Shown piece by piece: positions 41,710 to 44,344 of a DNA stretch of 44,344 bases (the first letter of the stretch is position 1; every line of letters begins with the position of its first letter). Source of the DNA: Deltaproteobacteria bacterium. Its GTDB lineage: Bacteria > Desulfobacterota > Deferrimicrobia > Deferrimicrobiales > Deferrimicrobiaceae. Location of the stretch: the NCBI GenBank assembly GCA_030668225.1, contig DAOUUI010000002.1:1-44344 (forward strand), written 5' to 3'. The notes under the pieces are model-generated. The model was not told the DNA's origin and did no database searches. It saw only the letters and a list, made by a program, of their open reading frames with translations. Made by a program: the position numbers and the translations under genes.

Positions 41710-42830
41710 GAAGAAGCTCCTCCGAACCGCTTCCGCAAGGCGAAGTGAAAGTTCACGTCGGGAGAGGTTTCCGTGAAGACATTTTCCGAAATGCCGACGT
41801 CGAGGGTGGTTTCCCACGGAAGGGCGAAGCTGCCTCCCACCACCACCTGGAAAACCGTGGACGCCAATACGTCGGTAACGCTGTCCCGGTAAAATGCGCT
41901 GTGTGTTTCCACCTGGACCTTCAGTGCAAGCCAGGAAAGGGGGCTCCAGCCAAGCCCCAAGGTGCCGAATCCCGCAAAGCTGCGCTGCTGTTCTTCCAGG
42001 ACCTCTCCCTTGCCCATCCACAGAGCACCCGCCACACCGTAGAGGGTAATGTTCCGTCCGGAGAAGGTGGCGGCATCGCTTGCCGCAAGGCGCAACGAGA
42101 AATCGGTGCTTCCGCTCCCTCGCAGTGTCCCGGCGTCTCCCGTCGGCAGCTTGAGTCCCGCCCGCACCGCAATCGCGCGGGGGGCTTTGGTTTCCTCACC
42201 GGCAAGCTGATAACCGAACGACAGAAGAAGGTCGCCGACCCCGGAAGTCGATTCCCGGATGTCGACCTCCGTGACCCCATCCCGGATATAGGAGTAGACC
42301 ATGCGGTTTTTCTCTTTGGATTTCGGGGCAGGGAGGCCGGTGATATCGTGGAATGCATCTTTGAATCCGTCGCTTACGCCTCCGTCATGGGAGACATAGG
42401 GGATGTCCATGCCGATTTCCATCCGGTTGGCCAGGCCGTACCGCAGGGCAAGGGTAAGCCGGAGGGTTTCGCCGTCCAGTTCGAGGGTTTCCCGGGAGGA
42501 GTCCCATTCGCCGCTGTCACTGTTGGCAATGTCCAAGACGAGGCGTCCGTCCAGTCGACCCTTGGGGACGAGCATTCCCCCTTCCGCGGGGGGAAGCCCG
42601 AATACCTGGGAAAACGGACCCTGGTCCCGGGTGTAGAAGGGAACGACATCCAGCGCTTCCGCCCCGGTCTCCATGGCATGGATCCCTCCCAGGAGACAAA
42701 GGAACAGCACGATGATCCGCGCGATCCGAAAGGAAACTTTTTTCGACGGAAGGTCGGTTGCGAACGGGAAAATTCCTGTATGGTGGTTGGTGATGCAAAT
42801 CCTTCCCGTGTCCAGACCGGAAGCGGTCAT
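41700..42830 (-). CDS. DUF3187-like outer-membrane beta-barrel protein
   Basis: It has an alternating beta-strand pattern and an aromatic C-terminal region. The signal-like segment is RIARIIVLFLCLLGGIHA. The start is uncertain: ATG 42860, ATG 42830 or GTG 42710. Confidence 0.65.
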   Translation of the reverse strand: MTASGLDTGRICITNHHTGIFPFATDLPSKKVSFRIARIIVLFLCLLGGIHAMETGAEALDVVPFYTRDQGPFSQVFGLPPAEGGMLVPKGRLDGRLVLDIANSDSGEWDSSRETLELDGETLRLTLALRYGLANRMEIGMDIPYVSHDGGVSDGFKDAFHDITGLPAPKSKEKNRMVYSYIRDGVTEVDIRESTSGVGDLLLSFGYQLAGEETKAPRAIAVRAGLKLPTGDAGTLRGSGSTDFSLRLAASDAATFSGRNITLYGVAGALWMGKGEVLEEQQRSFAGFGTLGLGWSPLSWLALKVQVETHSAFYRDSVTDVLASTVFQVVVGGSFALPWETTLDVGISENVFTETSPDVNFHFALRKRFGGASSCP

Positions 42831-43476
42831 CTTCGACTTCGACGGAGTCATCGTCGACACCGAACCGCTGCACTACCGGTCATTTCAGGAAGTGCTCGAA
42901 CCGCTTGGCATCGGGTTCCCGTGGCCGGAATACGTTAAGACCTATATGGGATTCGACGATCGGGACGCGTTCCTCGAAGCCTTTCGCGCCCGCGGGAAGG
43001 AACTCGACGAACAGGGACTGCAGGCACTCGTGGCATCCAAGTCCAAAATCTTCCAGGATGTTATTCGGCAAGGGGTGACCGATTACCCGGGAGTGGTCGG
43101 AATGCTCACATCCCTGCATGCCTCCGGTCTGCCGCTGGCGATCTGCAGCGGGGCGCTGCGATCGGACATAACCCCGATCCTGGCCCAACTCGGGATAGCT
43201 AACTGTTTCCGCCCTATCATCACCGCCGACGATGTCCGGAAAAGCAAACCCGATCCGGAATGCTACTCGCTTGCGTTCCACAGGCTCCTGCATGCGCATC
43301 CCTCGCGGATTTCGTCGCCGGAAAAGTGCCTTGCGATCGAGGACACGCCGGCCGGCATCCGGGCCGCGAAACTCGCGGGGCTCAACGTGCTGGCAGTCAC
43401 CAACAGCTACAGCGGGGCGGAACTGACCGAAGCCGATTACGTTACCGACTCGATGGAGAACATCCGCATCTCCTGA
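42793..43476 (+). CDS. HAD-superfamily hydrolase (beta-phosphoglucomutase-like subfamily IA)
   Basis: ATG at 42793. Motif I is VIFDFDGVIVDTE, motif II is LAICSGA, and the motif III/IV region is SKPDPECY...AIEDTPAGIRAAKLAG. Confidence 0.8.
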   Translation: MQILPVSRPEAVIFDFDGVIVDTEPLHYRSFQEVLEPLGIGFPWPEYVKTYMGFDDRDAFLEAFRARGKELDEQGLQALVASKSKIFQDVIRQGVTDYPGVVGMLTSLHASGLPLAICSGALRSDITPILAQLGIANCFRPIITADDVRKSKPDPECYSLAFHRLLHAHPSRISSPEKCLAIEDTPAGIRAAKLAGLNVLAVTNSYSGAELTEADYVTDSMENIRIS

Positions 43477-43483
43477 GGCCGTT

Positions 43484-44344
43484 TCACTTCCTCTCCCCCG
43501 GTCGCGGGTCTTCGGTCATCCCCATCAACCGTTCGATGATCGGCGGTATCAGGGTGGTAGCCAGCTGCGTGTGGGAGCCGCCGCCCAGGACCACCTCAAG
43601 CTTCCCCCCGCAGACTTCCTTCGCCAGTTCCCGCACCAGAAGAGCGATGTCCCAGTAGCACGGTCCCGTGAGGCCGATGTCGCCATAGTCGCCCTGATGC
43701 GTGTCGAACCCGAAATACCAGAAGATGAGGTCGGGCTGGAACTGACGGACCCGGGGGGGGAAGTGCCGGCGCACCAGGTCGACATAGATATCGTTCATCG
43801 GACGATCGCCCATCCCGCTCCCCCAGGGAGAGGGACAGGTCACGTCCACTTTCGACCCGTCGGGGGATTCGTAATTCGATCCGCAAACACAGACATGGAG
43901 GATGTCGGGGTCGTCCCGAAAAAGGTCGCGGGTGCCGTCGCCGTGGTGGGCGTCGGTATCCAGGATGGCAAACCGCTTCAGGCCGTACCTCTCCCGCAGG
44001 TTGACGATGCACAGGGCGACGTCGTTAAAGCAGCAGTATCCCCCGAAATAGTCCCGCCCCGAATGGTGTCCTCCCGCCCCGATGAAGGCGAAGGCGTTGG
44101 CAATTTCCCCGCCGGCGATTTTTTCTCCCGCCATCACCACGCCCCCCGCCGAGTGCCAGGCGGTGGAGCAAAGGGGATCTCCTTTCACGCCTTCTATCAG
44201 ATAAGGAGTGTGGACCTTCAGCACCAGTTCCTGCGGAACGGGACCCGGCTCGTAGAGCCTGACCGTGTCGCTCTTTAAAATCGTGTCCAGGGCCATGGGA
44301 AAGTCGGCCAGCCGCGCGCCGACGGTCAGATAGCTGCGCCGGGA
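43484..44344 (-). CDS. Histone deacetylase-family (AcuC/acetylpolyamine amidohydrolase-like) protein, 5' end outside window
   Basis: GAGGHHSG...CCFNDVAL...ILDTDAHHGDGT...GGGS motifs are present. The reading frame stays open upstream of the listed ATG 44296 to the window edge. Confidence 0.85.
   Translation of the reverse strand, partial: SRRSYLTVGARLADFPMALDTILKSDTVRLYEPGPVPQELVLKVHTPYLIEGVKGDPLCSTAWHSAGGVVMAGEKIAGGEIANAFAFIGAGGHHSGRDYFGGYCCFNDVALCIVNLRERYGLKRFAILDTDAHHGDGTRDLFRDDPDILHVCVCGSNYESPDGSKVDVTCPSPWGSGMGDRPMNDIYVDLVRRHFPPRVRQFQPDLIFWYFGFDTHQGDYGDIGLTGPCYWDIALLVRELAKEVCGGKLEVVLGGGSHTQLATTLIPPIIERLMGMTEDPRPGERK

Overview
High-GC bacterial chromosomal segment that is densely coding, with about 50 CDS. 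I found no rRNA, tRNA, CRISPR array, transposase or integrase. Many listed long ORFs are Arg/Pro/Gly-rich antisense or off-frame shadows of real genes and were discarded.

Gene blocks, in order:
1. A surface-glycan trio: GT4 glycosyltransferase, CelD-like GNAT and a lipoprotein.
2. Two translationally coupled aminotransferases, including hisC.
3. A regulatory island of flgM, a sigma-54 response regulator and fliA. It has an exact sigma-28 promoter in front of flgM and an exact sigma-54 -24/-12 promoter in front of fliA.
4. rmuC.
5. A FlK-like thioesterase plus a two-subunit 2-oxoacid:ferredoxin oxidoreductase.
6. A 12-blade NHL-repeat lipoprotein.
7. A ClpA-like unfoldase followed by an NMD3-like zinc-ribbon protein.
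8. A tungsten-type aldehyde:ferredoxin oxidoreductase (AOR) coupled to a double class-II-aldolase-like protein. It sits behind an unusually structured 413-bp leader.
9. A minus-strand run of about 14.6 kb: mlaEFDC, DUF4412, a ChaN/Tiki-PDZ lipoprotein, a DUF360 protein, a beta-CASP RNase, then sco-coxBACD-ctaAB-pfkB. The oxidase is A2-type with a di-haem-c subunit II.
10. mlaA, lipoproteins, a GC-poor gap with no confident gene, an aminotransferase, an overlapping pair of DUF3187 beta-barrel and secreted SNase nuclease, a HAD hydrolase, and a 5'-truncated HDAC-family gene.

The most promising under-described items are the Clp/NMD3-like pair, the AOR leader and AOR-aldolase module, the repeat-rich structured spacer between the beta-CASP RNase and sco, the ChaN-PDZ/DUF4412 envelope genes, and the barrel-nuclease pair. 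All functional calls rest on motif recognition by eye; no database search was run.
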